Positions 19,838-21,810 of a DNA stretch of 21,810 nucleotides are shown here, piece by piece; the first letter of the stretch is position 1, and each line of letters opens with the position of its first letter. The notes under the pieces were generated by a model. The model was not told the DNA's origin. It searched no databases and saw only the letters and a list, made by a program, of their open reading frames with translations. Origin of the DNA: Amoeboradix gromovi X-113 (lineage: Eukaryota; Fungi; Sanchytriomycota); assembly GCA_018985225.1 (NCBI GenBank), contig JADGIF010000087.1:1-21810 (forward strand). Direction: 5' to 3'. The position numbers and the translations under genes were made by a program.

Positions 19838-21016
19838 ATGTTTTCCCCAACTATATTAACATTTTTCGTTGGAATATATTTCCTCGGAGCCCTCACATTA
19901 TTTTCGTGTAGAAATTCACCTCATTTTAAGTATAGATTTCCCATACTGGTGTATTTGATGAGTATTCACCTGTTAGGAAAAGGAGTGCTCGACATCATTA
20001 AACTCTGCAATTTTGAAGGCTTTGGTGAGTTGAACTGCCTAGAGTTATATTGGTTGAATAACGTCTCCACTATTCCCTTTCATGTTTTGTTCCCTTTTGT
20101 AGCTTTTCTATTTATGATTTTGTATAAATCTCATACCAATTTAACAATCCCCAAATATCTTTGCAGAGCACTAAATATAGAAAGTGAAAGGTTTCTTATC
20201 CAGAAATTTCCTTGGTACATCTATTTTAGCATTTATATTGTTTCACTACTTGTCCCTGTACTGGTTTATTTAGTCGACTTGGCTAGCGGTGTGCTATTAG
20301 ACCTAAACAAGACGTACCCGCTGCATAACTCTACTCTCTGTACGGGTCCTTCCAACTACAGTAACTTTGTTATCAAAGGTTTATCTTGCATTGTTGATTT
20401 GTTTTTATTTTTTAAATTAAAAAATTATAAAGACGGACTTGGAATAAGGAACCAGCTTAGGATTATGGTGGTTATTCATCCACCTCTCTTCGTACTCTCA
20501 ATGATATTCATCTCTGTATTTTTAGACAATAATTCAACCTTCTCCATAACTGCCTTGTTTAGCTTCTTATTCGAGTTAATTCAGTTGCTGCTGCTATTTT
20601 ATGCTCCTATTTACTTTCATGCTAGGTTTAAGTATACACTTTCTAAATTGAAATCCCACGATCAGCATACTCAAGTAGAAATGTTGCAACTATTGAAACA
20701 TCCGTCATATCGTAGGCTGTTTTACATTTATGCCTGCAAACAGTTCTCATCAAACTATTTGCAATTTTTGGACAAATATGAAGATGTTAAGAAATGCAAG
20801 TCAAATGATGTTTATAATTTAAAGAGCCAGCAGCTGTACAATGACTTTATATCAAATTCTGCTTGCTTCTACATAAAGATTCCCAAGGAATTGAAAATAG
20901 AATTGTTAAGCTACAAAATATTACCCAAGCCTGTTCTAGAATCAATCAATACCTATGTCAAAGACTATGCATACGATAATCTATATTTGCCATTTATAAG
21001 GTATAGAGAACAATAA
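19838..21016 (+). CDS. Multi-pass (about 7 TM) membrane protein with a C-terminal RGS domain (GprK/AtRGS1-like architecture)
   Basis: About seven hydrophobic stretches in residues 1-260, followed by RGS-like LLKHPSYRRLFYIYACKQFSSNYLQF, SQQLYNDFISNSA..IKIP and DNLYLPF. Confidence 0.85.
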   Translation: MFSPTILTFFVGIYFLGALTLFSCRNSPHFKYRFPILVYLMSIHLLGKGVLDIIKLCNFEGFGELNCLELYWLNNVSTIPFHVLFPFVAFLFMILYKSHTNLTIPKYLCRALNIESERFLIQKFPWYIYFSIYIVSLLVPVLVYLVDLASGVLLDLNKTYPLHNSTLCTGPSNYSNFVIKGLSCIVDLFLFFKLKNYKDGLGIRNQLRIMVVIHPPLFVLSMIFISVFLDNNSTFSITALFSFLFELIQLLLLFYAPIYFHARFKYTLSKLKSHDQHTQVEMLQLLKHPSYRRLFYIYACKQFSSNYLQFLDKYEDVKKCKSNDVYNLKSQQLYNDFISNSACFYIKIPKELKIELLSYKILPKPVLESINTYVKDYAYDNLYLPFIRYREQ

Positions 21017-21134
21017 ATATAATCTAATTTTTATATAAAACCACTCTCCAGTGTCACTAAGACTCTCTTTATCTTACTATAATGTCATCGGCCTTTAATT
21101 GTAACTTAAGCAAACTGGTTTCTTGTATTCTGTT

Positions 21135-21634
21135 CAAAAAGCTGAATTTTGTAAAATAAATCATATATCGAGACTTTGTATATGTACATAATTTCATGAC
21201 TTTTTTATATTTTTCCAATACCTCAAGTACTCGGTATTCTATATTTTCGCAAATTGTAAATGGAAACAATGGATATAATCCTGAACATGTCAAATCTAAA
21301 GAAATAACTAATAGTTACAGTATACATTCATCGATGTTGAGGAACTGGCCCAAACATGGAATAACTAGATGTCTTTCAATGCCTAGAAAAAGATCAACGA
21401 TAAATAAACCTGTGAACCGCTAATTTAACAATTGGTATGCGATTGGTCTTGCGATATGTGCAACAGTAGATATCATATGGCAACAAGGAGTATCACATCA
21501 AGTATATACATCCTTATTCGATCACGCCTCAGGGTGGTCAAAGCGTGAGCACTCACTGTTACGGATTTACTAGCGCTGCTAGTTTCTCTGTGAAAATTCT
21601 CAATTTCCCGGAAATCAAGACTTTTAACGAGTAC
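21135..21634. repeat. Copy E of the dispersed intergenic repeat family
   Basis: Collinear with 11750-12288 over ~500 bp, with several near-identical blocks. Also matches copies A, B and D. Confidence 0.85.
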
Positions 21635-21653
21635 ACTAACTACAATTTCCAAT

Positions 21654-21712
21654 TGGGACATCAAATATAAAAACTGGACTAACTTTCTGTAACAACTTGG
21701 AACATTATTTAA
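21654..21712. mobile_element. End of a second copy of the MITE-like element
   Basis: 21654-21681 (tgggacatcaaatataaaaactggacta) matches the reverse complement of 330-357 at 25/28 nt. The next ~30 nt resemble 81-113. Confidence 0.5.
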
Positions 21713-21810
21713 GAGGCGAGTGGACATTCAGCTAGTTGCGGAGTTGACGAGTATAAAGGAAAATAAATATTCTGTACAGCTATTCTCTTACTCTTTCATC
21801 CAATCTTTAT

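Noticed and set aside
1-21810. Short antisense ORFs inside genes, prokaryotic operon/CRISPR/defence system, tRNA or rRNA genes
   Set aside because: The antisense ORFs are shadows of real genes. The gene content and introns are eukaryotic, and I saw no regularly spaced repeat-spacer array or recognisable structural RNA.

Overview
AT-rich, extremely compact eukaryotic (fungal-like) nuclear DNA with 13 protein-coding genes: POB3, an ankyrin-repeat protein, succinyl-CoA ligase beta, a coiled-coil protein, TED1, VDAC porin, a possible degenerate multi-RGS protein, cytosolic GluRS, URA5, HIBCH/EHD3, RPF1, a miniature PXR1/PINX1 and a 7TM-RGS protein. The main signal is six GT-AG introns of only 19-20 nt. 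They share the consensus GTA-N(8-9)-TAAYNWAG, and removing them restores conserved reading frames. This places them among the shortest spliceosomal introns known. Other signs of compaction are intergenic gaps of 12-41 bp, divergent GluRS/URA5 start codons only 24 bp apart, and A(A/G)TAAA signals fused to or beside stop codons. The few large gaps hold decayed copies of one unidentified repeat family and a MITE-like element with 28-bp inverted ends. All calls come from reading the sequence by eye and from remembered family motifs; no searches were run. The organism (an early-diverging fungus or relative) is inferred.
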